The translations under genes and the position numbers were made by a program. A stretch of DNA of 64,000 bases from an uncultured Clostridia bacterium (GTDB lineage: Bacteria > Bacillota > Clostridia > Oscillospirales > Acutalibacteraceae), in contig CAMJMQ010000015.1 in assembly GCA_946407065.1 (NCBI GenBank), positions 708 to 64,707 on the forward strand. Direction: 5' to 3'. Shown in pieces: positions 38,161-47,379 of this stretch (the first letter of the stretch is position 1; every line of letters begins with the position of its first letter). The notes under the pieces are model-generated. The model saw only the letters and a list, made by a program, of their open reading frames with translations. It ran no database searches and was not told the origin of the DNA.

Positions 38161-39597
38161 TTGGCAACAATCAGGAAACGGAATGACAGTTATCAGATCG
38201 TTGTATCGTGCGGTTACGATATCAACGGAAAACATATATGCCGTTATAAGACATATACTCCCGAGAAGGGAATGACAAAGCGACAAATCGATAATGAGCT
38301 TAACCGTCAGGCGGTGCTTTTTGAAGAGGCGTGTAAAAACGGATTAGCATCGATTGCAGGAAAAGTAAAACTGTCAGAGTTTATTCCGATATTCTTTCAA
38401 GAGTATGCTGTGCCGAAACTGAAGGCAAAGTCAATCGTCGGTTACAATGCTCTCGTACCCGTTGTCGACGCGGCTCTCGGGCATCTGAGAATCGACAAGA
38501 TCCAGCCCCATCATCTAAATAGCTTTTATATAAACTTGGCAGAGGAGGGTGCTCGGCGTAAGGTGTCATATTCTCCTGTAGTCGATCTGAAAGCGATCGC
38601 CAAGGAGAAGGGGCTGACCGCTACGCGGATCGCTCGTGATCAAGGTGTGGGCGCTTCATCAATCCGTGCTGCATTCAAGGGCAATAACGTTTTCAAAAAG
38701 ACGGCGGTTTCGATCTGTTCCGCACTGGATCTGTCCATGTCAAAAGCATTTGAGGCAGTCGGCGCTGATGTTCCCCTCTCTACTGAGACCATTCGGCATT
38801 ATCACCGATTTCTATCCTCTGTTTTCAGCTATGCTGTTAAATCAAAGATTATCGCCACAAACCCTTGTGCGCGTGCTACGATACCCAAGGCTAAAGGAAA
38901 TCAAAAAGCAAAGAAAAGCAAGAAGCACACAAATCACTTTGATGAAGAAGAAGTAAAGCAGGTGTTGAAGTTGCTTGAAAACGAGGATATACAACGCAGA
39001 ACAGCCATCAAACTCTTGCTGCATACAGGTATGCGTCGAGAGGAGATCTGTGGATTGGAATGGTCGGATATCGATTTTATTCATTCGGTGATCTCAGTGG
39101 AACGCGCCTCCGTATATATTTCAAAAAATGATTACACTGAAGAATCAGGGATCATTACCGATACCACAAAAACCGATAGTTCTACACGCTGCATTAAAGT
39201 TTCAGAATCAGTGATTCAAATGCTAAAAGAATATAAGGAGTGGCAAACGCAAAGGCGGTTGCAGCTGGGAGACAGATGGGAGGATTATGACAGAATTTTC
39301 ACTACAGCTGTAGGCACACCGATCCATCCCGATACACTCACAAGATGGTTTTCGGAATTCACTAAGAGGAACGGTTTTCCTCATGTGACAATTCATGGAT
39401 TGAGACATACCAACGCGACATTGTTGATCAATTCCTATGTACCTATCACGACGATCGCCGCGCGCCTCGGTCACGCAAACCCCTCCACAACAACCAAAAT
39501 ATACACACACGCAATTAAACGCGCGGATGCCGTTGCAGCAGAACAGCTTGAGGTAATGCTTTCATTACCCGACACTGAACAGGGAGAAAGCACCTGA
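38161..39597 (+). CDS. Tyrosine integrase (apparently intact)
   Basis: TTG start. 478 aa. Catalytic residues in context GMRREEICGLEWSDID, HGLRHTNATLLI, LGHANPSTTTKIYTH. Followed by TTTGACAGCTA direct repeats (39612-39650). Confidence 0.9.
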   Translation: MATIRKRNDSYQIVVSCGYDINGKHICRYKTYTPEKGMTKRQIDNELNRQAVLFEEACKNGLASIAGKVKLSEFIPIFFQEYAVPKLKAKSIVGYNALVPVVDAALGHLRIDKIQPHHLNSFYINLAEEGARRKVSYSPVVDLKAIAKEKGLTATRIARDQGVGASSIRAAFKGNNVFKKTAVSICSALDLSMSKAFEAVGADVPLSTETIRHYHRFLSSVFSYAVKSKIIATNPCARATIPKAKGNQKAKKSKKHTNHFDEEEVKQVLKLLENEDIQRRTAIKLLLHTGMRREEICGLEWSDIDFIHSVISVERASVYISKNDYTEESGIITDTTKTDSSTRCIKVSESVIQMLKEYKEWQTQRRLQLGDRWEDYDRIFTTAVGTPIHPDTLTRWFSEFTKRNGFPHVTIHGLRHTNATLLINSYVPITTIAARLGHANPSTTTKIYTHAIKRADAVAAEQLEVMLSLPDTEQGEST

Positions 39598-39749
39598 AGG
39601 ATGGCAGTCATTTGACAGCTATTTGACAGCTATCGCTACAGTTTGACACTTACAATCACAAGAAGTTACGAAAAGATAACCCTCAAAAAGCCGCATGATA
39701 AAGCCGTTTATTGAACTTTATTGAATTACACGAAAAGAATAAATCATAA

Positions 39750-39794
39750 TTCGTAATCAATAGGTCGTGGGTTCGAGTCCCATCTCTAGCTCCA
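39750..39794 (+). other. tRNA-Thr(CGU) 3' half (att-type remnant)
   Basis: TTCGTAATCAATAGGTCGTGGGTTCGAGTCCCATCTCTAGCTCCA. This reads as anticodon loop UU-CGU-AA, 3' stem, AGGUC, T arm, acceptor and CCA. The upstream sequence cannot form the 5' half. Confidence 0.65.
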
Positions 39795-40102
39795 TTATTT
39801 AAGAGGTTGTCTTTCAAGATAGCCTCTTTTTTCGTTGACCCTCCGTAGGTCGGGCAAAGGTCTCCGTCTCTAGCTCCACGGAGCTGTAGAGATACAGTCC
39901 CGTTTTCTTTGCATAGCTCGATAGGGAAAGGTCCCATCTCTAGCTCCATTATTTAAGAGGTTGTCTTTCAAGATAGCCTCTTTTTTCGTTGACCCTCCGT
40001 AGGTCGGGCAAAGGTCTCCGTCTCTAGCTCCACGGAGCTGTAGAGATACAGTCCCGTTTTCTTTGCATAGCTCGATAGGGAAAGGTCCCATCTCTAGCTC
40101 CA
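39777..40102 (+). repeat. Perfect tandem duplication, period 154 bp (2 units plus an 18-bp third start)
   Basis: GTCCCATCTCTAGCTCCA starts at 39777, 39931 and 40085. The two full units are identical base for base by my reading. Each unit holds a terminator-like hairpin AAGAGG...CCTCTTTTTT and a degenerate core copy GTCTCTAGCTCCA. Confidence 0.9.
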
Positions 40103-40272
40103 TCAAAAACCGCATGGATAAGCCATTTTCTAGCCTACCCATGCGGTTAGTTTTTTCTCGGAATCCGATTTGTTGTTTATTGATGTTTATTTGCTGAGTC
40201 GAACCTTGTATTATGAATAACACACAGAAGAAATAATAAGCAGACCGTTTCCGATGACAGGTAGCGGTCTGC

Positions 40273-40685
40273 TTAACTTATGTTTGCTGTTCTGTTGGTG
40301 AAGATCATATCCAGCTGCTCGGCGGCGGCTGCGTCGGCGGACTGGATGGCGTGGACGTAGATCTTGCTGGTCGTTGTCGGGTCGGCGTGGCCGAGTCGGG
40401 CGGCGATGGTGGTCAGCGGGATGCCGGAGTTGATCATCAGGGTCGCGTTCGTGTGACGCAGGCTGTGGATGGAGATATCCGGCAGGTTATGCGCTCTCAC
40501 GAAATCACGGAACCAACAAAAGGGGGAACCCCGAAAAGCCCCGCTTTTTGGGGAAAGGAGGAGTCGCGACGTGAGCAGGAGGGTGATTTCGTCAAGAAAT
40601 CGCCCTCAGCGAGCACAGCGAACGACGACGCACCGCAGGACACCATGAACATAAAACTGCCGTTTCGTTTGATGATGGACGCCAT
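40273..40685 (-). pseudogene. Tyrosine integrase remnant (N- and C-terminal pieces only, middle replaced)
   Basis: 40497-40685 encodes MASIIKRNGSFMFMVSCG (compare MATIRKRNDSYQIVVSCG of integrase 2). 40273-40500 encodes HSLRHTNATLMINSGIPLTTIAARLGHADPTTTSKIYVH. The junction contains a family 2 repeat at 40522-40563. Confidence 0.8.
40522..40563. repeat. Family 2 short repeat (reverse orientation) inside the integrase remnant
   Basis: The reverse complement CTCCTCCTTTCCCCAAAAAGCGGGGCTTTTCGGGGTTCCCC matches 12603-12643 and 52843-52883. Confidence 0.65.
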
Positions 40686-41368
40686 TACTGCTCACCTGCC
40701 ATGCGGGCAACTTCCGCATCCCCGATCTTTCGGGTCATATCCTCTATCGTATCGAGCTTCTCACGAAGCTCTTTTTTTATGTGATCCTTTGCTGATTCCT
40801 GCACATCGAAGAGGGCGAGCTTCATCCGTTTATCACGCTTTCCGGCTTCATCGGAATAACCGAGGTCGCCCTGATTCCGCTTATAATAATCAGTCAAGTA
40901 ATCATGCTGTTCGCTGACCTCTTTCTGATACTCTGTCATAGCAACGACCAGATTTTGAAACGATCCGCTGTCGATAAAGCGGTTCATCACGCTCTGCAGG
41001 CTGTCGGAATTCTCTGTATCTATAAAGGTATACACATAGTTCTTCATGAACTCCAATTCAGCGACAGCTCCCTCACTCAACCCTGTCACATCGGTGATGT
41101 AGCGGCGGTCTTTGTCGGTGGTCTTGGCGTCGGTCATGCCGAGCAGATAGTCGGTCGATACCTTGAAATACTTCGCGTACATGACGATGAAGTCGGTGGT
41201 GATGTTGCGGGTGCCGTTGTAGTGCTTGGTGATGGTAGACACATCGCAGCCGATCTCATCGGCGATGTCCTGTCGCGCCAATCCGGTGTCGTCTATCAGC
41301 TTTCTCAATCTTTGAACCGTTACATCGGTTTTGTCACGCCTCGGCGCTTCGAGCTGTAAACCTCTCAC
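40685..41368 (-). CDS. XRE-family HTH regulator (repressor-like) with a long C-terminal domain
   Basis: LRKLIDDTGLARQDIADEIGCDVSTITKHYNGTRNITTDFIVMYAKYFKVSTDYLLG is a Cro/CI-type HTH. It is divergent from the Xis/primase genes. Confidence 0.8.
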   Translation of the reverse strand: MRGLQLEAPRRDKTDVTVQRLRKLIDDTGLARQDIADEIGCDVSTITKHYNGTRNITTDFIVMYAKYFKVSTDYLLGMTDAKTTDKDRRYITDVTGLSEGAVAELEFMKNYVYTFIDTENSDSLQSVMNRFIDSGSFQNLVVAMTEYQKEVSEQHDYLTDYYKRNQGDLGYSDEAGKRDKRMKLALFDVQESAKDHIKKELREKLDTIEDMTRKIGDAEVARMAGEQ

Positions 41369-41465
41369 CGGAAAATTATTTGATGAGTTGCATAAAAGTA
41401 CGCAACTTTTTGAGAGTTATCGTCATAGGTGAGAGGACATTTAAGAATACAAAAAATACAGCGAG

Positions 41466-41723
41466 GTGTTAAGTATAATGACAAATATCAGAAATCACAA
41501 CCAACTGACATATAGCAACAGACCCCTGCCCCGGATGAGGACAGTGCATGAGGCGGCTGCGGAACTCAAACAGATGGATGCGAATACCGCCGTGACCGAG
41601 TACCATATCCGTCAGCTCGCTATCAACAACATCATCCCGCGTGTGAAAGCCGGCAAGAAGTACCTGATCAACCTCGACGCGCTGATCGCGTATCTGGCTG
41701 ATCCTGAGGAGGACACAATATGA
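41466..41723 (+). CDS. Excisionase-like small DNA-binding protein
   Basis: The 85-aa ORF has the pattern MRTVHEAAAELKQ...TEYHIRQLAINNIIPRVKAGKKYLINLDALIAYL, typical of MerR/Xis-type HTH. ATGA overlap with the primase gene. Confidence 0.55.
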   Translation: MLSIMTNIRNHNQLTYSNRPLPRMRTVHEAAAELKQMDANTAVTEYHIRQLAINNIIPRVKAGKKYLINLDALIAYLADPEEDTI

Positions 41724-44260
41724 GCAGTCTGTTGAATTTCCATGACCCCTCTCAGTTGAAAGGATTATCCACCGAAGAGCCTGATAATACCGCTGCTGAT
41801 ACCGCAGCGGAGAACGGCGGGTTGGACGAGCTGAAATCACAGCCTGTCTGGATCTGCTGGAACTCCCGGACGCGCGCGTCGGAAAAGGACGGCAAGCGTA
41901 CCAAAGTGCCGTGTGCCGCGTCGGGTAACAAAACAGGCACGAACGATGAGTATCGCGATACATGGGTGACCTTTGACGAGGCGAAAGCAGCCGCGGCTGA
42001 GAAGCATTACAGCGGCGTCGGCTTCGTGATCCCGGAGGGGTACTTCTTCCTCGACATCGACCACAAGCCCCTCGATGATCCCTATGTCGTGAAGATGCTG
42101 GAGCGTTTCGGCTCTTACGCTGAACGCTCTGTCAGCGGCGAGGGCATCCATATCTATGGCAAGTGCGATTTCTCTCTTATCCCTACCGAACGTACAGAAA
42201 AAGGAAGAATCAAGCTGGATCACAAATATTATCAGAAAAACCCCCATAACGGTACGGAACTGTATATCGGCGGCTTAACCAATCGTTTCGCGGTATTCAC
42301 CGAAGACGTCATACAGAACGAATCGCTGAAAGAGTGTACCAACGCGATCCTCGTTACCCTCAACAAAGATATGCTCAGGCAGCGTGACGCTACACCCAAT
42401 CCGCCTTTTGAAGAATTTGCCAATACGGGAAAGCGGTACAACGGCGGCAAAAAACAGGCAGCAGGCAATACCGTTGTCAACAACGTCATCCATAACTTAA
42501 GCGCACAGAAGAACCGGGAGAAGTTCTATCAGCTTTTCGAGGAGGGCGATAGTTCCGCGTTCGGATCGCAGAGTGAGGCTGACCTTGCCCTGTGTACCAT
42601 GATCGCTTTCAGAACCGGTGAGCGTCCCGAACTGATCGATTCGGTGTTCCGTAAATCGGCGCTCTATCGTGAGAAGTGGGAGCGCGATGATTATCGCGAA
42701 GCGACAATACAAAAGGCGATCGATTACATCCTCTCGCATCGCGCGGCAGGCGCTCGAATGAAGTCGGACACTTTTGAAGCGCGGAAAATGACGCACGCGT
42801 CCCATCACAGCACCCGCCCCAAGCCTGATTTTATCAAAGACGGTCAGGATGGCAACGACTATGTCCTCGTTCCGGCTCTTGCGCGATATGTCAGGGAGCA
42901 TACCCGGTATCTGCTCGTCAGGGACAGCGGTACGCAGGGCGTGCAGATATATGTCTACGAAAAGGGCGTATACAGATACTACGACGAGAAGATGTTCAAG
43001 GGCATCATCCGCGACTGTATCGCTTCGTATGACGAAGATCTGGTCAAGATGCATCAGGTGAACGAAGCGTACCAGAACATCCTCACCGACCGCAACTACA
43101 TCAGCCAGAACGATTTGAACTCCCGTGAGGATGTTATCAATTTCAGAAACGGTATGTTAGTTGTCCGGGAGGACAGCTTGGAGCTTTTGCCCCACTCACC
43201 CGAATACTACTCAACGATCCAGATACCCTGTGATTGGAAAGACCGTTATACAAGAACACCGGTTTTTAATGAGTTTCTTACGGCGCTGACGAACGGCGAT
43301 AACGCGGTCGCCCGACTGCTGCTCCAGTTCATCGGCTGTTGTATCTCCAACGTCAAAGGCTGGAGGATGAAGAAGAGCCTGTTCCTTGTCGGCGACGGAG
43401 ATACCGGCAAATCGCAGCTGAAAAGCCTTGCGGAACGACTGCTCGGCAGCGGCAACTATATCGGAATCGACTTAAGAGAGATCGAAGCCCGGTTCGGCAC
43501 AGGCGCGATCTACGGCAAGAGGCTCGCGGGCAGTTCGGATATGAGCTTCATGACCGTCGGTGAGTTGAAGACCTTCAAGAAAGTGTCCGGCGGCGACAGC
43601 CTGTTCGCTGAGTTCAAAGGGCAGCAGGCGTTCGAGTATACCTACAACGGACTGCTGTGGTTCTGTATGAATCAGCTGCCCAAGTTCGGCGGCGACGACG
43701 GCAAGTGGGTGTACAACCGTATCATGGTGGTCAACTGCCCGAACGTCATCCCGAAAGAGGAGCAGGACAAACAGCTGCTCGACAAGATGTACGCCGAGCG
43801 TGACGGCATCACCTTTCTGGCTGTGAAAGCCTTGCAGAAGGTGATCAAAAACGGCTATCGTTTCGAGGAACCTGAGTGCGTGATACAGGCAAGGAAGAGC
43901 TACATGATCGAGAACAACTCTGTCATCAGCTTCTTTGAGGAATGTATGTGTCCGTGGGTGAACGGCAAGATCCAGAAAGCGTGTACGACGGGCAAGATCT
44001 ACAAGGTATATCAGGCGTGGTGCCGTGACAACAGCATCGGCTACACGAAGAACTCAAAGGAGTTCAGGAACAATCTGGCAGCGTATCTCGATACGACTTT
44101 TGACGAAATGACTGTTCTTCGCAGAGGCTACCGCTACTACAAAGAGTATGGGCTGACGCTTGCAGCCAAGGAGCAATACCACAGGGAGTATGATGTCGAC
44201 GGTCGGGAGGATTATGCTAACAATTGGGAGCGGGATAGTCATGCCGACCATGATGACTGA
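41720..44260 (+). CDS. Prim-pol / P4-type primase-helicase
   Basis: 846 aa. N-terminal bifunctional primase-polymerase-like region (GVGFVIPEGYFFLDIDH). Central D5_N-like region. Walker A LVGDGDTGKSQL and the downstream helicase core. Confidence 0.8.
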   Translation: MSSLLNFHDPSQLKGLSTEEPDNTAADTAAENGGLDELKSQPVWICWNSRTRASEKDGKRTKVPCAASGNKTGTNDEYRDTWVTFDEAKAAAAEKHYSGVGFVIPEGYFFLDIDHKPLDDPYVVKMLERFGSYAERSVSGEGIHIYGKCDFSLIPTERTEKGRIKLDHKYYQKNPHNGTELYIGGLTNRFAVFTEDVIQNESLKECTNAILVTLNKDMLRQRDATPNPPFEEFANTGKRYNGGKKQAAGNTVVNNVIHNLSAQKNREKFYQLFEEGDSSAFGSQSEADLALCTMIAFRTGERPELIDSVFRKSALYREKWERDDYREATIQKAIDYILSHRAAGARMKSDTFEARKMTHASHHSTRPKPDFIKDGQDGNDYVLVPALARYVREHTRYLLVRDSGTQGVQIYVYEKGVYRYYDEKMFKGIIRDCIASYDEDLVKMHQVNEAYQNILTDRNYISQNDLNSREDVINFRNGMLVVREDSLELLPHSPEYYSTIQIPCDWKDRYTRTPVFNEFLTALTNGDNAVARLLLQFIGCCISNVKGWRMKKSLFLVGDGDTGKSQLKSLAERLLGSGNYIGIDLREIEARFGTGAIYGKRLAGSSDMSFMTVGELKTFKKVSGGDSLFAEFKGQQAFEYTYNGLLWFCMNQLPKFGGDDGKWVYNRIMVVNCPNVIPKEEQDKQLLDKMYAERDGITFLAVKALQKVIKNGYRFEEPECVIQARKSYMIENNSVISFFEECMCPWVNGKIQKACTTGKIYKVYQAWCRDNSIGYTKNSKEFRNNLAAYLDTTFDEMTVLRRGYRYYKEYGLTLAAKEQYHREYDVDGREDYANNWERDSHADHDD

Positions 44261-44281
44261 GAGCTGTCGCGGGTGGGCATA

Positions 44282-44558
44282 GGTGGACTTGGTAGGACTA
44301 TGGTGGAGTTGGTTTCAACTGCTCCACCACCCGCAAACACACTGCCTATGCCGATTCCCGCTCCTTTAGGTGGACTTGGTGGAGTAAGCCCGGTTTGTCG
44401 GGGGCAGCCCCCATTAGCCCCTGACTGACGGGACAGAGGGAATGAGGTTGTATGTCAGAAGCAGTTAAGAGAGAGAATGACTTTTTGAAACAAGTCCACC
44501 AACTCCACCACCAGACCTCAAAACCCTACATTCTATCGAAGAAAACACATGGTGGAGC
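44282..44558. repeat. Iteron-like repeats downstream of the primase gene (putative origin)
   Basis: GGTGGACTTGGT at 44282, GGTGGAGTTGGT at 44302, GGTGGACTTGGTGGAG at 44369, inverted CAAGTCCACCAACTCCACCACC at 44491, GGTGGAGC at 44551. Confidence 0.55.
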
Positions 44559-44805
44559 ACCGACGGCTCTCCCCACCACAACCCCACCTTTACACCACCC
44601 TGCCATCACCCCGGGGGTCAAAATCTCCGGGCGAATCGAAACCGGACAACGGCGTGGGCTGTCACGTACACAACCGCATATTCAAAGGGGGTATTAATAT
44701 ACTTTACCAATATATTTTTCATAATTTGTGTATTGTGAATCATAATAATCTGTGATATAATGACCATATGATAGGGTATTATATCCATTTTTTGGAGGTG
44801 CCACA

Positions 44806-46200
44806 TTGAATATTAGATTAAAGAACATAGGAATCATTAAGAATTCCTCCGTTGCTATCGACGGAATAACAGTGATAACAGGAAAGAACAATTCCGGTAA
44901 AAGTACATTCGGAAAAGCTGTATATTCAGTCGTCTCAGCTGCTGAGAACCTGTATGAGAGTGCAACAGCAGATATTGTAGGATATGCAGAAGGACTTGTC
45001 ACAAAACGTTTGAGATCCAGTAAAATCAGTTTTTTGTTCAGAGGGTTTCTAAATCTCTCATTTGATAATATGAGTTTTCTGGAAGATGCCTATAATCAAA
45101 GTTATCCTCCGGTATCCTCTATCCCTGAATTGAAAGATTTAGTTATGTTCATTATATCAGCAGTTGACGGAATCAAGCTGGAGCAGGAAGAAGAATTGCT
45201 GATCAAAGCCGGCTTGATCAAGCCGGGGGATTTAGAGGAGGCTAAAACAAAGCTGTCCCGGGAGCTGAGGGATGTTCCGAAGCTGATCGACCAATACAAT
45301 GACTTTACCTTATATGAACAACGGAAATTAACCGAAACATTACGTGAGGAATACAGCACGCAGCTCACCCCTGTAAAACGAAAAGACATCACTGAATGCG
45401 AGATAGTTGTGCAGACTGATGACGGAGTATATCGAGCCGCATATGACGTAAAGGGGCACAAAGTCAAATACTCCGGGATTATGCCGTTTTCCGAAGAAGA
45501 TAATGTGTTGTTTATTGATGATGCTGCCATAATAGATGAAATCAAACTAAACAGAAAGCTCCGTAATAACCCATTTACCGGAATAGAGAATTTTGAGTTA
45601 TATATCAGAGCTTTAAAACATGATGTTGCTTTATCCAGAAAACTGGAAAAGAAATCAAAGGGCATTATCGGAACCATGATAGATGAGGATCGCTACCGTG
45701 AGGTTGAAGCCCTAATCAATACCGTTATCAATGATGATATCGTTGAAAAAGATAACAGATATGTTTATTCTTCCGATGGTCTGGAATTATCGAATCTTGC
45801 TACCGGCGCAAAAATCTTTTTGGTTCTGAAAATACTGTTGATGAACGGTTCTATCAATAAGAATACCATCTTGATCCTTGATGAACCGGAATCCCATTTG
45901 CATCCGGAGTGGCAGAATCTTTTTGCGCAAGTTGTCACTTTACTGGTAAAGGAGATGGGGATCAAAGTCGTTTTGACCAGCCATTCGCCGAATTTTGTAT
46001 TGGCGATGCAAACTTACAGCATGAAATATAAGCTTGGCGATATCACAAATTTCTACATGACCGTAAAAGACGAAGACGGATACAGGGTCGACTACAAGCA
46101 TGTTGATGATACGACTGAGATATATGCTGATTTTGCCAAGTTTTTCTCTCAAATCAAGGCAAAATATGATATGCTGAGATATGGTGACGACAATGATTAG
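44806..46200 (+). CDS. ABC-type (AAA_15/AAA_21-like) ATPase
   Basis: TTG start behind GGAGGTG. Walker A GKNNSGKST. LSNLATGAK signature-like motif. Walker B ILILDEPESHLHP. H-loop VVLTSHSP. 464 aa. AT-rich. Confidence 0.8.
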   Translation: MNIRLKNIGIIKNSSVAIDGITVITGKNNSGKSTFGKAVYSVVSAAENLYESATADIVGYAEGLVTKRLRSSKISFLFRGFLNLSFDNMSFLEDAYNQSYPPVSSIPELKDLVMFIISAVDGIKLEQEEELLIKAGLIKPGDLEEAKTKLSRELRDVPKLIDQYNDFTLYEQRKLTETLREEYSTQLTPVKRKDITECEIVVQTDDGVYRAAYDVKGHKVKYSGIMPFSEEDNVLFIDDAAIIDEIKLNRKLRNNPFTGIENFELYIRALKHDVALSRKLEKKSKGIIGTMIDEDRYREVEALINTVINDDIVEKDNRYVYSSDGLELSNLATGAKIFLVLKILLMNGSINKNTILILDEPESHLHPEWQNLFAQVVTLLVKEMGIKVVLTSHSPNFVLAMQTYSMKYKLGDITNFYMTVKDEDGYRVDYKHVDDTTEIYADFAKFFSQIKAKYDMLRYGDDND

Positions 46201-46909
46201 CAGTAAAGACGTTGAATCCTATCTGGTATCAAATTATCAGAACGAAAAGTACTATAAAACTTTCAAAGAACTGTCGCAGAGCAACTCCGATGATCCGTCG
46301 ACGTTTTTAGTGGAAAACACTGAAAAAGCATATAGCCTGGATGCTATCAAGGCTTCCTTGATAAAGAAAGGTGACCTTCGTTCTGCTGACGCTATATATA
46401 TACGCCACAAGGGGAAACGCTCAACGATATATATCATTGAGTTTAAGAAAGGTTTTTTGAAAAAAATCAATAAGACGAACTTTGATCCCGAATTGTGGAA
46501 ATGCACCGAACACGGTGAAACAGAATCGTGCGATACCGGAGCTAAGTATTTTAAACAATACTTAAAGAAAACAAAAAGCGAATTGAAGATGTCTCTGTAT
46601 ATGAAGCTGTCCGAAAGTTATTTATTGCTTCAAAATGCGATCTGTCCTCGCTGTCCGGATACAGTAACAGGATATGATGTGGTATATCTGGCTGTTGTTG
46701 ACGGCGTGAACGAGGATCCCCTGGATACCATGGGTGACGGATTGAGCGAATTAGCAGGCGAATCGGACAATAATAATACCCTAACTACTCTGAAAAAGGG
46801 GCTCAAGGATTATATCTTGACAGCTGATACAGGACAAAAGCTCCTGTATGATAACACCGATATTCTCTTAAAAGAACAATTTGAAGCCATGCTTCCCGGT
46901 ACTGCATAA
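46193..46909 (+). CDS. Hypothetical protein with PD-(D/E)xK-like motif and a Cys/His cluster
   Basis: The ATG at 46193 overlaps the ATPase stop (ATGATTAG). SADAIYIRHKGKRSTIYIIEFKKG gives D ... E-x-K with typical spacing. Also CTEHGETESC ... CPRCP. AT-rich. Confidence 0.5.
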   Translation: MISSKDVESYLVSNYQNEKYYKTFKELSQSNSDDPSTFLVENTEKAYSLDAIKASLIKKGDLRSADAIYIRHKGKRSTIYIIEFKKGFLKKINKTNFDPELWKCTEHGETESCDTGAKYFKQYLKKTKSELKMSLYMKLSESYLLLQNAICPRCPDTVTGYDVVYLAVVDGVNEDPLDTMGDGLSELAGESDNNNTLTTLKKGLKDYILTADTGQKLLYDNTDILLKEQFEAMLPGTA

Positions 46910-46927
46910 GACCAAATATAACCATAT

Positions 46928-46953
46928 TGCCCCCGATATAACAGTCGGGGGCA
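46928..46953. terminator. Bidirectional hairpin terminator
   Basis: TGCCCCCGA-TATAACAG-TCGGGGGCA lies between convergent genes. Confidence 0.6.
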
Positions 46954-46979
46954 TACTATTACAAACACTATGAAAAGCA

Positions 46980-47231
46980 TTACTCCTCCTCGTTATCGTC
47001 AAAAGAGAAAGCGTTCAGCTCTTTGAAGTCGAGAAACTCGGCGAGGGTCATGTTCAGCGCGCTTGCGATCTTATGGAGATTCACCACGCCGGGATTGCCG
47101 GTTCTGCCGTTGACGATGTTGTCGATGGACGACTGGCGCACGTTGCTCATCTTGGAGAGCTTGTTGATCGAGATCCCGCGCTTCTTACACAGGCTGCGGA
47201 TGCGGTTTGCGTAGATTTCGCCGTAGGTCAT
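46980..47231 (-). CDS. XRE-family HTH protein
   Basis: Start trimmed to MTYGEIYANRIRSLCKKRGISINKLSKMSNVRQSSIDNIVNG. Confidence 0.75.
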   Translation of the reverse strand: MTYGEIYANRIRSLCKKRGISINKLSKMSNVRQSSIDNIVNGRTGNPGVVNLHKIASALNMTLAEFLDFKELNAFSFDDNEEE

Positions 47232-47379
47232 AAAAACAACTCCCATACTATCATTGTTACCCAAATTCGGTTAATTCAATGATAATATGGGATTTTTGAT
47301 TATTACCTAAATATAGGTTGACAGGTAAAATATTCTCCGCTACGCTTTACCTTAATATAGGTAATACGAGGTGTAGCAA

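Noticed and set aside
39777-40102. CRISPR array.
   Set aside because: There are only two identical 154-bp units with no unique spacers. The repeat derives from a tRNA 3' end. No cas genes are present.
39683-40223. Two overlapping ORFs (88 and 117 aa) encoding a repeated peptide MELEMGPFPIELCKENGTVSLQLRGARDGD.
   Set aside because: The repetition is simply the translated 154-bp tandem DNA repeat and tRNA-like core. There is no RBS, and the ORFs are antisense to the tRNA fragment.
44452-44697. 81-aa ORF rich in His, Pro and Thr.
   Set aside because: It is low-complexity and its sequence mirrors the iteron repeats (CCACC units). It is more likely non-coding origin DNA.
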